Both the position numbers and the translations under genes were made by a program. A stretch of DNA of 64,000 bases, the filler included, from Sphacelaria rigidula (taxonomy: Eukaryota): NCBI GenBank assembly GCA_964200075.2. It is 9 parts of 9 records of this genome, joined end to end, with 100 filler letters (N's around TTAATTAATTAA, not from the genome) between each part and the next. Parts side by side here need not be neighbours in the genome. Positions count along the whole stretch, not along the records: positions 21,371 to 28,393 come from CAXNAA020016906.1; positions 28,494 to 35,516 come from CAXNAA020016907.1; positions 35,617 to 42,639 come from CAXNAA020016908.1; 6 more parts are not named here. The stretch is one strand, 5' to 3'. The notes beneath the pieces were generated by a model. That model was not told where the DNA came from. It made no database searches and saw nothing but the letters and a program-made list of their open reading frames with translations. Below, one piece after another: positions 25,957-40,010 of the stretch (positions are counted from its first letter, which is position 1; each line of letters starts with the position of its first letter).

Positions 25957-26470
25957 TACTCAAGATATTGTATGCCCTATTCATGTGACCGTTGACCTCG
26001 CATCCCTACGAAGTCGGAACGGAGCACGCCGGTCTTTACACCGGACCAGGCTCGAAACCAATCACCAACGAATCAGGGTCGCAACCAATCACCGAGCGCG
26101 AAACCCCGTGATATGTTCGATGGGTCGCGTGAAGGGTTAGCTGCATCCTGCTAAATTTGTCCGGCTCGAAGAACACTAAGCTTCTTGCATATGGATGACA
26201 GCCTCGAATGAGGTGCTTTATTGTCTGGTGCCACCAGTTCCAGAGACAGCCATGGGCTTCACGCTTCCTCGTGGGATGTCTCACCATGTGAGCACGTAGT
26301 ACGATCATCCCCTTCGTGCGGAGTTCAGGCACAATATGATCTAGCTAGACAATCATGATTACCGGGAAAAAACGGAAGGGAGAAGAAACAAAGGTTACCT
26401 GGCTGCCTATGACAGCTTTCGCAGTGAGCGGCGCGTGTTTACAGCGTCGTTGCCAACCGACGCCAACCCT
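25957..26470 (-). mobile_element. Non-autonomous retroelement family C (~530 bp)
   Basis: Homologous over its length to 30313-30838. Confidence 0.7.
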
Positions 26471-28493
26471 CAAAATGGAAATGGACCTGCTGAGGGGGGT
26501 GCCTTATGATGTATACGTACATGTATAATTTCACATTTTTCATCACTTTTGCCGAGTTTTCTCTGGCGACAAGGCATTTTTTCCCGCGCATTCTTTTGCA
26601 GCGCACTAAGAAGGCTCAGCGGTACATTACCGTTCAGGTTTGGGTGACATCTGATACCTGTGGCGCGTGTTCTGGCCACCGAAAGTCGCTCAACTCGCCC
26701 TTTTTCGCGGGGTGTCGATCCCCAACCACAAAAGCCTTTTCAAGAATATGGAAATCTTGAAACAGGAACCCGTACCACAAAATCCTGTTGAAGATCATAG
26801 AAAAATTCAAACATGATTACTTTTGGCAGGGTGTTTTCCCTCCGTGTTTCTCTTTGTCGCGTTCTCGTTCATTTGGGAGCACAAGCACACCGGCTATGCC
26901 GTCAATGTCGCGAGAACATGAGAGCAAAGCAATTGAAAACAATTGAACATTGCCTCGGCCTTAGTCAGAAGCAAACACAAGACCGTGCAATGGGTCGTTG
27001 GCGAGTTGAACAAGGCACACCAGCACGGCAGCACAGGAATGTTTTGCCGCAAAAATAATCACCCCGTTTGAAAAAAATGCTCGGTGATGTGGAAGCCACA
27101 GTGATGTACGAAGAACATGCCAAGAATGTTCCACGCATTCCAATTTTTCGGGAAGTGTCTCCCGCTGTCATGTTGTGGCACGAGAGCTACTTCGCACTCT
27201 GGCACCTCGGAAATACCACACATGTATGCCCCCCGCCGCCGGTTCCGCCGTCGGCCTCCGTCCGAATTCCCATATTTCCGACACCCGATAACACATGCGA
27301 TGTTTTGCACAGCCCCAATCGCTACTGTACATTGAGATACAACCATATACCTTCGACTTGCGTCACCCCCGGGAGACCCGTACCAACCTCCTGAAGGGGA
27401 GCCTTGTATATATTTAAAACGTGTGGCGGAAAATACAATTGTGTATCTGATACGTTCATATCACTTATGTTCTGATATGGCTTCAGCTCTTGTTTATAAT
27501 TATTCGCGCGCGACCGAAAGGGGGAAACTTAATAGGCTCAGCTTTTTCGATGGAAAATATGCGGCATGAAGGCACGAAGGAAAACTTGACTCGTCTCGCG
27601 GACCACCGCGCCAGATACCACCCGTTCACAAAACCACAAAACCCCCGCATAACTCTTTCTCAGGTACCACCGTACCCTTGCAGCATGCTGTATAGCACGT
27701 GTTGAGCACAGGGATATATACACTGCAATAGTTGGGAACCGGCGCTATCACCCTCTTGGCAGGATGTGTTTATTTTATGTTGACGAAAAACTTGTGGGAT
27801 TTTGGTTCATGGTGAAGGTCGGCGACGGAGTTGCGTGAATCGTGTAGATGCTCATCGACACTGCAGGCAGCACTGTACTGTCTGCAGTGAACGTTGTCCG
27901 CTTCTTTCGTACGGTACATGCCACTGTACGGAAACAGACAAATACACACTCCAAGCAGACAGTACCAACATAGTGTCTATCGCCTGTACTGAGTTCAAGT
28001 GAATAAGTACCGCTTTACGAATTCCCTTATTTTTTTTTGCGCTTCAGCGCTTGAAAATTTGCTCGGACCCAAATCGCCCCCAAAAAACAAACGAATTTGA
28101 TCAAATCAGTTCCACCGCACTTATTTCGTTCGATCCAAAACAAATCTGGCGAGACACTTTCGGACTGCATCCACGTCTGCTGGCCTCAAAACCAATAATA
28201 TTGGGCCACGTCGGATGTGAACAAGATGTATGCCATACGAGGCACACAGATATAGGTAGTAGGTATGGCGGAACATAGGGGTACCCAGGGGTCTATCGGG
28301 AGAAGATTTTCGGATACGGACCCCCCCCCCCCCCCCCCCCCCCCAACGTCCACAAATGGGAGGTAGTTCACACTCAAAAAAAAACAAACACAANNNNNNN
28401 NNNNNNNNNNNNNNNNNNNNNNNNNNNNNNNNNNNNNTTAATTAATTAANNNNNNNNNNNNNNNNNNNNNNNNNNNNNNNNNNNNNNNNNNNN

Positions 28494-28880
28494 GCAGTGA
28501 GTGGCGTGTTTTACAGCGTCATCGCCAAGCGACGCCAACCTCATTGGGGGTCCGCCCCTTGGTGGGGGAGGGGAGTGGGTGTACTCACGATCATACATGC
28601 CAGTCATATGATCATTGACCTCACATCCCTACAAAGCCGGGACGGAGCACGCCGGGTTTTCGCAGAACCAGGCTCGCAATCAATCACCAAGTGCGAAGCG
28701 CTGTGGTGTGCTCGGCGATTCGCATGAAGGGTGACCTACATCCTGCCAAGATTGTTCGCCCCCGATGCATACCAATTATCTTGCATATGGATGACAGCCT
28801 TCAATGAACTGCTTCAATTTTCCGGCCTCGCCACTTGCAGAGAGAGTCACGGGCTACACACCACCTCATGGGTGTCTCAC
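28494..28880 (-). mobile_element. Family C: 5' head of one copy abutting the 3' part of another
   Basis: 28494-28557 matches 30775-30838; 28581-28880 matches 30313-30615. Confidence 0.7.
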
Positions 28881-29485
28881 CGGAGGGGAGTCAGGGAGGG
28901 GGGGGGGGGGAAGCGAGGTACACTATTACACACAAAAACTTGCGCACAGCGGGTCCTCGATTTGTAGCAGTAGACAGGGTCCGGGTATTTCGATGACTCT
29001 TGAGACTCAAGGACCTCAGGCTTCATTCGTAGAGGCACATGCACCCGCCTTTACAAAATGTGCACAGCCTCAGTGAGCCATCTACGAACGTACACGTCTG
29101 TCCCGAGCACGGCGACTAGTTTGTAAACAACGAAATCCGAGAATATACATATCCGAAAATACTTTTTCTTCCCCGGTCGGTAATAACCACCACGATGGGG
29201 ACCAGAAACCCCCCAAATCGAGGTCAGCACGAGATATTTCTTTCTGCAAACGCCAACGAGAACAAGAGGCAAGTTGGACCGCAGTACTCACAGCTTACAC
29301 ACATGAGTTACTGTGGGTAACAAAAACGGGTCTGCTTTCCCCGAGTTACTATCTACAACGCGTTGCGAGTTATTATTCAACGACCATATAATCACGTTTC
29401 GAAGTGTAGTCTCCCCTCTCCCCCTCTCCCCTCCCCCACAGGAATTTGGCAGTTCGTCCTAGCAGTTGTACCGGATGCTGTGTAC

Positions 29486-29594
29486 CTGCAATTCTATAAA
29501 CATCAGCTCGCCGTCCTCCACCTCCATGGACGTCGCACAAGGGAAAAGGACATCTGCTGCCAGTACGTGCGGCTCCGGGAAACTGTTGAAGTAC
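29486..29594 (-). CDS. Isolated exon resembling NAD(P) glutamate dehydrogenase (YFNSFPEPHVLAADVLFPCATSMEVED)
   Basis: Strong polypyrimidine tract plus CAG acceptor. DVLFPCATSMEV resembles the GDH motif D-x-A-(F/L)-PCATQNE. The donor is either GC at 29511 (GCGAG) or GT at 29485. Confidence 0.5.
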
Positions 29595-30312
29595 CTGTGA
29601 TAACAGGGGGGAGTGGGGGAGTGGGGAGGGAGGTGGCATGACATGGCGAAACAAAAACAGAAATCTAGAGCGCACAAACGGTTCCATGTGTGAAGGGCGC
29701 GCTACTCCGCCGTAGGGAAAAGGGGGTCGTCGAGAAAGGGGCGTCTCCAGCTTCTTCTGTTGATGGCCGCTGTCCTAGTCCGGATACCGAGGGGTGGACT
29801 AAGCGTGGTCCACTTTTTCGTGTTATGTACGGACTATCAGGGAATCAGGCTTGGTGACCAACTCGTGTATTCGGCGTCGGCGTCTCGTGCTCTTATGGGT
29901 GAACAGCACACCCTGGACAGTAGATTCTTTTGTAAAAAAATGTACTGCGAACAGTATGGAATCTATTGTCTAATGCAATTGGCGCAACCGTCGATACTGT
30001 ACGCAGTACACTTTTTGACTGTGTATTATTTTGTCCAGGGTACGGGGAACACAGGCTGTTGTGTAGGGTCCCGGGATCCAACAGTTACGGGTGAAACGGG
30101 CTTTGTTGTGATCTTGGGGTCTCTCAACCACTTGTACATGTTATGCCATAGGTTTTTCCGTTACGCGCATATAAATGTGGCTTTCATACATGCGCACCAT
30201 TGACTGGGGGTAAATATGATGATAATATCATGATAAGATATCATTTTGTTTTGCTCATGCGTCTAGCGGAGAAAATATTTGTCTTCGCGAGTGGGTCGGG
30301 AAGGAGGGAGGG

Positions 30313-30838
30313 TGTACTCATGATCATGCATGCCGTGGTCATAGGACCATTGCTCTCGCATCCCTACAAAGCCGGGACGGAGCACGCCGGATTTTTGCCG
30401 CACCAGGCTCGTACTCAATCATCAAGCGCGAAGCGTCGTGGTGTGTTCGACGAGTCGCATGAAGGGTGATCTGCATCCTGCTGAGATTTGTTCAGCCCGA
30501 AGCCTATTGATTGCTCTGCATTTGGATGACAGCCTAGAATGAGTTGCTTTATTTTTTAGTATCGCCACTTCCAGAAACAGCCACGGCTTGTACACTGCCT
30601 CATGCAAGTCTCACCATTCAAACACTACGTAGTACAATCATCCCCATTGTGCGGAGTTGAGGTTTTCCCACGCTGCACAACATTATCTAGCTCGACAACC
30701 ATCATGGTTACCGCAAAAAAAAAACGCAAGCGCGCGCAAAGAAAAAAGACGGTAGCCTGGTTGCCTAGCTTACGCAGTGAGTGGCGTGTGTTAATGCGTT
30801 ATCGCCAACCGACGCCAACCCCATCGGGGGTCCGCCCC
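30313..30838 (-). mobile_element. Family C, apparently full-length copy
   Basis: Runs from the 5' head GGGGCGGACCCC to the 3' end ATGAGTACACCC plus a C/T-rich tail. Other copies at 35434-35516, 35617-35681, 44605-44646, 49863-50010 and 62853-63145. Confidence 0.75.
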
Positions 30839-31029
30839 TACAAAGCCGGTTGGAGCATGCCGGGTTCTCGCCGGACCAGGCGGGAGGGAGGGCGGAGGGA
30901 GAACAAAAGAGTCGCAATGATGTGGACATGAGTGGAAGGGTACAAAAAGGAGATGAAAGGAGATCCATCAAATATCGCGCACAAATGTAGGATAACTCTC
31001 CCCCTTCGAATGACAACACTGCGCACGGG

Positions 31030-31830
31030 TACTCACGGCTAGGTTCTGTGTACCATGCACGCAAATCGCTACAGGCGTGCCGTCATGGACTTTGGGGTAG
31101 GGGCGTCATTCCTTCAAAATTCGAACTCAATCCATGGCCACCGCCGGTCGGTGCGACTCGATCACGCTCAGTAGCAAGGGGACAGGACAACACGGGAAAG
31201 ATCAGGGATACTTTTTTTTTGTTCAACACACTGCTGACATACTTTAGTATCACGTGCTGTGAGTTCTTGTGTGACGGGATGATCAGCATGTTACATGACT
31301 ACAGAAACGCTGACCGAGCATGAAAAAAAAAGGGTGAACAAAACATGAATAATCTCGGAGCAGTTCTGGAAGATAGGTTGCAGTGTATTCATACACACGT
31401 CATGATATCCACATGCTCTTGAAAAAAAAGCGTTTTGTGCTGTGATGAAACGGCTGTTCTAAAACCCATATGTGGCATCCTTCATCGGACCCCATGTGAG
31501 GGGCGTCTGTGTTGTGAGAGACAGACTTGTGCCTACGATACATTCACTAGACTTGGTTCTGCATAACTATATCTAGAATGCGCACAGCGTGAACCGGACT
31601 CGAAAATACTAAATACATGAACGATGGTATAGTCGACGTTTGACTGTGTATGCAACGCGGCACATGGTGTAATCACTTTCCCCCCCCAAACCGATTTCAT
31701 TATGTTCCCATGTCCATGACCCTTCCATCATGTATGATCACTCAGAGCCCATGAATCTCCTCTTCTGTGGGGATGGGCCGAGGTGAACAATTTGCTGTTT
31801 CGTGAATGATCGGCGCCGCCTTGGAACATC
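31030..31830 (-). pseudogene. Heavily decayed Tc1/mariner-like transposase remnant
   Basis: In order on the minus strand: an eroded H-x-DEKWF-like stretch (CATAATGAAATCGGTTT), then QSxxxIPSFMYL (cf. KSKRxIPKVMFL), then PQSP*xxACSDLRAWY (cf. PPNSPDxNxxDL). Many stops and frameshifts. Confidence 0.4.
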
Positions 31831-33502
31831 GCAACATTTGTGGGGGGACATCGTCATTGTTCCGCGACGGTGTAGCGTGTTGGCCTTTGCTGCTCACGGT
31901 AATCTGAAAGTTTTCTGTACGTGTTGCTTGAGTTGTGGTGCGTCGGTCTCACAGCCTTGAGTATTCCGAGTGGTGGTCTCGTGGGTGCAACGGCAATGAT
32001 CAGAAGAAGACACCCGATTGTCCAGTCTATGCCGTTGGATTCAGGCGTCCTTCCTCCAATCCGGAATCTGGTCGGTATCTATCTCTGTGTCCGAGCCGCA
32101 AATTGCAGATCCGGCAACCGTCTCTGATGCTGTCGCCGCATGATGCCGTTCGGGCTGGTGTGTCGGCAAGATGTTCATCCATGTTCGTTGGATCTTCGTG
32201 AGCTCCGGCACACAAGCGACCTGTATGCATCGTTGGATCTTCCGGGTCTTCGGGCCAACCAACAGGGAGGCTACACTCTTCAGGTCGATGGGTTTCCGCC
32301 TTTCTTGGGGTGTAGTTTTACCGAAAATGGCTATGTTTGTGACTACTCGGCGTATCTTTTGCTGAGACGGCGGTACGGTCACCACTTCATAAAAAAGGGT
32401 CGATAGAATAACAATAAAGGGTCAACAGGAAAACAAAAAGGGGGAAGATATAGATTTTTAGCAGAAGGCACGATGTACCCTTCTGGTTTGTTTACAAAAA
32501 AGGGTACTCTCACAGGCTCTCATTTTTAGCGCCGTAGTTAAGGCCAGTAACACTGGTAAAAATGAAGAAAAAAAAAAGGATGGGTATGCTGCCCAGACAC
32601 CTTGGGCGTGAGGCTGAGGTGCTGGAACGTGTTTTCGATGTGTTTAGCCCGCGTGCAGCGCCGCGCCCCAAAGCGAAAAATGCGTTACCCTTTATTGTTC
32701 CAGAAGTACCAGGGTGTACCCCTTTTTGTATATTGCATCAAAAACAATGTTCGTCATCTCTTTAAACGCCCCGAAACACGAAAAAACGAAGGAAAAAAAA
32801 GGGGGAAAAAGGAAAAAATTGAAGAAGTTGAAGTTGCTTTTTGTCATCATGCCCCCAGCGATTCTCCATACCAAAGTTCAAAACACAACCCTCGAAATCC
32901 AGATTCATGCATTTAGTGCCTCTGCTCGAAATATATCGAGTGTATTATGGATTCTTATAAGCGCAATATCTCTCGGTAAAAGACTAATTAGATGAAGGGG
33001 AGGGTATCGATCGTTTCTCCATACTCCAGATAATGTTCGCACCGAAAATCGTCATCATCCGCAGAGTATATAGTGGTTTCTTGTAGCCTTTAGTATGGAA
33101 CTGATCTCCAAACGGCTCAAGAACTACGCGACAGGGCGTTCAATCAACTGAAAAAAAAAGGCCCACACTTTTGAGCAGACGGACATCCTCCCTTTGATAA
33201 GATAATGAATAAGATGTGCGGATCACGACCAAATCCGTCTGTGTTGATAATATATTGCTGTGAGAGCTTAAATCCGTTTCTTGAGCTGGACCAGCTCGTA
33301 AACCCCAACCCTAGGATCACTCGAAGAGTAACGACGAGCGCGGGTGAAGCCTACAGCGGGAGCGTGAGACAACACGGTTTGGAGGTATCTACTGTTGACA
33401 AAGCCAATTACCACTGAGTTACTCAGTGAGCGCTGATTGATCAGGTTCGATTCTCACCCGTGACACCTTCGAGTCTACGCAGCACACATCGATGTAAAAA
33501 AG

Positions 33503-33958
33503 ACGCACGTAACACGGGATTTTACAAATTGGGGATGGTTTTTTTTTAATCGAGGATGATAGACAACCCGGAGAATTACAATCTTCGTATCTACACCAAA
33601 TAATCGAAATATGGTCCCATTTCTTCACTTCCTGGTAGGTACTGACAACCACAATACACCACGCGAGTTTGGATTTTGATAACCGACATGTTGGGGTCCT
33701 AGGTGAAAAACCACTATTGAGGTCCGACCGGAGCACCGAAATTCCCCAAAGTTGTTTCTTCGCCTAGGACCCCCAACATGTCGGTGTTTAGGATCCAAAT
33801 TTGTATGGCGTGTAGCATTTGTCAATAGCTACCAGTAGGTGAAGTAATGGAACTACATTTCTAAGATTTGGTGTGGATACGAAGGTTTTAATTCTCCGGG
33901 TTTTCATCCTCAATAAAAAAAAAAGTCTTCAATTTGTTCAATCCTGCGTTACGTGCAC
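33503..33958. mobile_element. Fold-back MITE (~455-bp imperfect palindrome)
   Basis: Arms GCACGTAAC...ACCGACATGTTGGGGTCCTAGG and CCTAGGACCCCCAACATGTCGGT...GTTACGTGC. Window bases 1-47 match the right arm. Confidence 0.75.
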
Positions 33959-35013
33959 GGGAAACAAACGAGATTCTCGAGGCGTGCTCAGCTTGTCTGA
34001 GAAGGCCGGACACGTTGGAAATCAGAACACAAACGGGATTCGAAGCAAGAAGCGCAGCGCGGCGTCACTCCTTCATCATCACGCGAGAACCACAGTGCGC
34101 AGGCGACCTGAAACTGAACTCACTCCACAGTGCTGTCGAAGTCCATTTCCTTGAGTGTATCCTGGCTCAGCTTAAGCATGGCGATGGACACGCGGAAGAA
34201 CACCTGGAGGATGACAAAACATGGGCACGGGGCGTGAGGGATCACGAAATCCGTACTCAACTTGGACGAGTAGTCAAGACTGAGCTACGCACTGAATGTG
34301 GGAGTTGAATTGAAGCATGGCTCTCCCAACTCGTTTGGTACAACGCGGATACTGCAGGCAGGCGGGCAAACTTCCGAGGGATCGGATTCCGAGGTAACTG
34401 CGATTGACGGTGAAAAAAAACTCTGGATTTCGAATGTAAGGTCACAACGACACTGGCTGTAGCTTCGGCCACCGCATGTGTATTCATACACGAAGAACGA
34501 GGGCATACATATACAGCACACCAAAAAACCTGGCCGTCGTGTTGTTTCAAAAATCGAGCGATTATGAAAAGAGCTAAAAAACGCTACATACGAAATGAGG
34601 GGAGCAGTGGCAAAATAAGGCGGACAGCCACGCACTCTGTTCGTGATTGGGAGCAAAGAGGCTTACGAAGACAAGGAGATGGGGACAAGAACGGAGAACG
34701 GAGAACGGAGGGGGAAACGGGGAAACGCGCCTCTAGAGGCAAGAGGCACACACAGGCGCGTTTCTTCACGACGTGTACGCCCCCTCCGAATGCAACGTCG
34801 CCATGCTCGAAAAGTGTTGGACAGACAGCGGTAACGGTTGTAGTGGTCGGCAGTGCTCTCTCTATACTTTGTCTGTATTGCGTCTCTCTCCGTCTCTCTC
34901 TCTGTGCATTTGTACGCACGTAATCTTATCGTACCGTTTGTCTATCTTCGCATGCTGCGTGTCTGTCTGGTCACGTCTGGTACTGCACCCACTTCAAAAT
35001 CTCCCGTTGACAG

Positions 35014-35061
35014 CCACCAGTCCCAGATCCGACGGACCGTAGCGCGCGGCATCGCGTGGAG
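35014..35061 (+). CDS. Possible 48-bp exon (HQSQIRRTVARGIAWR)
   Basis: CAG and GTAC boundaries with GC-rich codons; no recognisable homology. Confidence 0.3.
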
Positions 35062-35699
35062 GTACACGAACAGGGTCTGGAACCATCCCATTGCCACCTG
35101 CGTTTTGTTTGTGTCATAGACCAGTGTGTCCGTGTGTGTGTCTTAGACCCATGTGTGTGCGTCATAGACCAGTATGGACATGTGCCAAAATCCAGTGTGC
35201 TTGTTCATGTGTGTGTAAATGAGCGAAAATACGCGTATGTACGAAGCCAACACCAGCGAGAAGCAAGAGCACACCATACGTTGTGTTGTACTGCAGTAAA
35301 CAATCCATGTGAAAAATCACAGAGGTCAGTAAGTCGCGCGGGGAACCGCGCAACATCCTGGCCACTACTTACAAATAGCACGAGTATATTGAAGAATAGG
35401 TGGAGAACCACCCTTACAGTGAGGAGAGAGGGTGTACTCATGATCATGCGTGCCATAGTCATACGACCGTTGACCTCGCATCCGTACACAGCCGGGACGG
35501 AGCACGCCGGGTTTTCNNNNNNNNNNNNNNNNNNNNNNNNNNNNNNNNNNNNNNNNNNNNTTAATTAATTAANNNNNNNNNNNNNNNNNNNNNNNNNNNN
35601 NNNNNNNNNNNNNNNNATGAGTTGCTTTATTCTGTGGTATCGCCACTTCCAGAGACAGCCACGGCTTTTGCACTGCCTCATGGATGCATCACCAATTGC

Positions 35700-37491
35700 G
35701 GAGTGGGGGCAGTATTCCCTGACACTGTTGTTGTATTGTGCGCGTTTCGCTGGTCGGTCCGCCATTGTCGACCATTACTCCACGTATGACGATATTCGGG
35801 ATGCGTTCGTCGTATATGCGCACGACGTGGCCGGCGTGTAGGAGGATTCGCCTCACCACGGTAGCCTCGATGCCCTCCTAGCTAGTTCTCTCGAGAACCT
35901 CGTGGTATGGCAGCATGTGGTAGTCGGGAGCACTGCGACTCGAGGCATGCTTGTTGAGGCACCTCAGCAAGAACCCGCGGTGGGGCTTCCCACAGCATGC
36001 CAACTCGTTGAGCGCGATCGTCCAGGTCACGCAGTCGTATAGCATGGCCTCGATCATTTTTTACCTCCAGGAGATGAACCTTGGAGGCCAGGGCGATGTA
36101 CCGGTTGTCGTATACCGCTCTGCTGTACTTGCAGACGCAGCTCCAGGCCTGGTCCATGCAGCCGTGGGCCTCAGGAATGACAACGCTGGTTGATGCTGAT
36201 GATTTTGTCGGCTAGATAGGTTGAAGACTTCGGTTGCCTGTACTTTTGGCATGCTGCGTCCACGTCGACCACATTCGACTTCATGCTTGTGAAGCGCATG
36301 TGCTTTGTTACCGTCCTATTTTCCGCCACAAGATCGAACGCCGCACAGACTTCGACGATGGCCGTCATCATCTTTGCCAGGCTCAGCTGGGATCACGAGA
36401 CGATATCAGCGTTGTCGGCGTGTAGCATGGCCCGAAGCACCTTGCTAAGTTCCTCCCTGGCCCTCACACCCCTGTCAGCGATGCGAATGAAGTCCTTCGC
36501 CAGCACTTCTTTGATCGAGAAGCGATCAAACGACACCGTCAGTACTGCTGCGAAGAAGATGCCGGGAAAAACGGAGGGAAAGCCACAGCCTCGGCCGAGG
36601 TCCTGGGTGAAGTCAAACCACTAAGACGTCTCGCCGCTGCCGAGGCATACGCACGCCCCCATGTTTTCGTGGAACTGGCAGATGGTAGATATCATCTTGG
36701 CGGGGACGCCGTATCGTGTCAACGCCCTGCAGAGGAGAGGGTGGTCAACTGAATCGTACGGTCATGGAGGTCGATGAAGCACATCTACAGTTGGATATTT
36801 TTCTCTCTGTCCAGTTCATGGAGTCTGCGCACGACGTACATCATGTCAAGAGGCGACCAGTCGGGTTGGAAGCCGCATTGAGCCCCTGGGAGGATTTTCT
36901 TCAATTCGCAGTAGGCGCCGAGGCGAGTCGCAACTATCTCGAGAATCACCTTGCCCGCGTGGGACCCTAACGAAATACCGCGGCAATTGCCGCATTCTTC
37001 GGGTCCTGTCTCTTGAACAGCACCTCGATGACAGTCTTATTTCCACTCCGGGGGTGCTTCTTCCTGACCCTGCACTGTAAACACGATGTTGTTAAGACAC
37101 TTCAGGATGGCACAGTCCTCGGTGAGGCCGAGCTTCAATACTTCGCCACGCAGGTTGTTTGTCCCAACGGCCCTGCCGCTCGCCGCTTTGTCCACTGCTT
37201 CCTTCACTTCTTCCATCGAGGGCTCGGCGAGCGGTGCGTGCTCCGGCATTTGTCCCATGATATCGACGACAGAGGGGTCGAGCGTACACAAAAGTGTCTT
37301 TAGATTTTTCAAACCACGCCTTACACCGCAGTAGGATAGCTTGCTTGTCCCGCAACAACTCGCCGACCGCGCTCCTGATGTAGGTTGAGCCACACCCCGT
37401 CCTCCCGTCCAATTCCGAGGACTTGGTGTGTTGGTACAGCCCTGCCTGGTCCCTCTTTCGAGCAAAATCTGGTGTCCTGACAGTGAACTCG

Positions 37492-37522
<31 letters not shown>

Positions 37523-38480
37523 AGTTCTGCAGTTCAGCGTCCTTCGCCCGCTTGAACGCCTTGCCTGCCATCCTCAGCGCCTTTCCCAGGATACGGTCGT
37601 CGGGGCTGGCGCGTAGCTTCTCCCATACACGATCCCTGATATTCCACGCCGTTTGGAGGCGATTCTGAGCCTGTGACCACTCGCTGAGACCTCTACATGG
37701 GGGCTTCTTTGAGCAGCGAGGGAGTGTACCCGTGGCCGTCTGTCACAGGGCATTGGCGAAGGTACATGCCATGTCGTTGACATCCGGGACTGCGGTGGAA
37801 GTAGCAGCATTCGGGAGCTTGGCACTAATGGCCTGCGAAACAATCGCTCTCCAACGCCTGTCGGATGTGAGAACTTTCCTGTCGGAGCACACTCCGCTAT
37901 TCCCATCTCTCGGTTTTTGTCCGCAGTTGGGTACGCTCCGTCCGAGGAGACTGATGGAGACCGAGACCAGTCTACGGTCCGATTTCATATTGGGGTACAC
38001 AGTGACGTTTCGGACGACTCTTCGGTCTTGCTGACGCACCAGGATGTAGTGATGAAGTTCAGGCGTCAGCGATGTCCGGCATCCGGCCCCTCATATGTGT
38101 ACGCGGCTGAGCTTTCCCATTAGTTGGCGTGCGAAAACCTGTTTTGGTGATTGCCATTTTATGCTCTGCAGCGCATGTCATCCATCGCCGACCGTTATCG
38201 TTGTTGGTGCCTGCCATATTCTCCCAGTTTTCTCTCGTCTCCCAAACCTCCTCTTTCTCTCTTTCCGGCTCGAGTGTTGGCATGGATCATGACTATCAGG
38301 TGCTCGTTACTGGGTACTTCAGCGATGGGGCTCCTACTTGTCTTCCAGAACTTGGTATTTTCAGAGGTGGTTGCTGTCTCAGTGGGCGCATACCCCACGA
38401 TGGAGGTCGTGCAACATATAGCACGCAAAGGAGAGCATCGTGTGCTCATCATCTGATTATCGCCTCAGCGGAATTGCCAG
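35700..38480 (-). mobile_element. Decayed RTE-clade LINE (APE endonuclease plus RT)
   Basis: VGYAPT, NDNG, YILVRQQDRRVVRNVTV and SDRRLV (endonuclease); [22 protein letters not shown] and MLHADN (degenerate YADD) for RT. Many stops and frameshifts; (TA)n insertion at about 37495. Confidence 0.9.
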
Positions 38481-40010
38481 GTTACCCGCATATTTTGTCT
38501 AAATGGTTGTACAGTTACGGTGGTGAATAAGGGCCGATTTGGGGGTACTATATTTCGGGAAAGTGGACATCGATTCCTGTCTACGGAAGAAATGAAGCCT
38601 AAATGAACGAATCAGTATCAATAACAAGTACACGCGTCACCTCGACATGACGACCTGGCCCATATCAAACGTACTATAATAATAGTACGTTTCTATAACA
38701 AAGCCTGTAGCTGACGTTGCTGTACAGTACATCTGTACACCGGGTCATAACAGGAGGGTAGCAGCTGCTGCTCGTGTTGCTGTGCCCCTCTTGCTGCACT
38801 ATGTTGTTGTGCCAATCTCCCAAAGCGGGTTTCTCGGCAACCAAGCAGAGGGTTGCACTGCGGTCTGTTGCGTGCGCTTCCTACACATCCAAACTAGGGA
38901 GTCATAAAATAGATTTAGATTTCCTTCACGCGTCCCACAAACAACTGCACGCTACCAAAATGTACCAAACAAGTCCGTTTTTTTTATTCTTCTGTTTTGG
39001 GGACTTTTGGGTCGGCTGTGGCGATCTGAGCAAAGTTATTTCATAATTTCCTAGCTGTTGTGTGTGTGCGGGGGGCTGTAAAGTGTCACAGGTCGGCCTG
39101 TTTCCTGTACCGAGAAAACCGCGAAGTACTGCAGTTGTCGTATACTTTAACCAACTTAAGAGGGGACGAAGCGTGGGTCCTACTTCAAATTGCTCAAAAC
39201 AGTAGATGACCTGTTCATTATTCCTCTGCGTTATTCCTTTTTTTTCCCTTGTCAGGCATTTTTGGTCGCTAGGGCCCTCGTTCACCCCCATGAAGAGTGT
39301 GTTTGACTCATCTGCTCACCATCTCTGATGCTTTGCCGCGTCGGCATCCCCTAGTATGTACAGTATTTAGAGGACTGCTGCTTATCTTGCCCCTACAGCC
39401 CAATAGTACACCACAATTGGACTGCGCACTCGCTGTATACACCGCAAAACTTTGCTGTCGCACCCCCTGATATATGTCATTATCCAAATTTGATTTTCTC
39501 CACGACGACGGTGTGTATGGCACCAATAGCTGCATCGTTGGTAATACGTTGTCGAGATATGTTGATGTGTCTAGCCGTTAAACGGTGCAGGCTCTTCCGT
39601 CTCGAGACAGTTGACTTTTTTTTTCAACCTTCAAATACGACATCAGGAGATGCGGTATCAAAACGTGTTATAGTACCTGTATATCCACGCAGAAGGAATC
39701 TGAAACCTCCCCCCTCCTTGACGTGTTTCGCTCCTCCATACCGTCCCCAAGTGCTATTCCCATACCCCAGCCCTCGCCCATGAAACCCCGCTACCCCCCA
39801 CCTCTAAAACATATCATTGCAGAACCACCTCTTTGGGCGCGAAGGTCGCGGTCTTGTTCCATTTGTTCAATCGGCCATCAGCCTTGACTAGGTATATGAG
39901 TGCTAACCTAGTATGGTTCATTTTTGTTCACCGTTACAAAAATAAGTGCTCGCACGGTTGCCCTTAACCTCCACCACTGATGGACTTTTGTTCACCGCAA
40001 CTGTCGGCAG

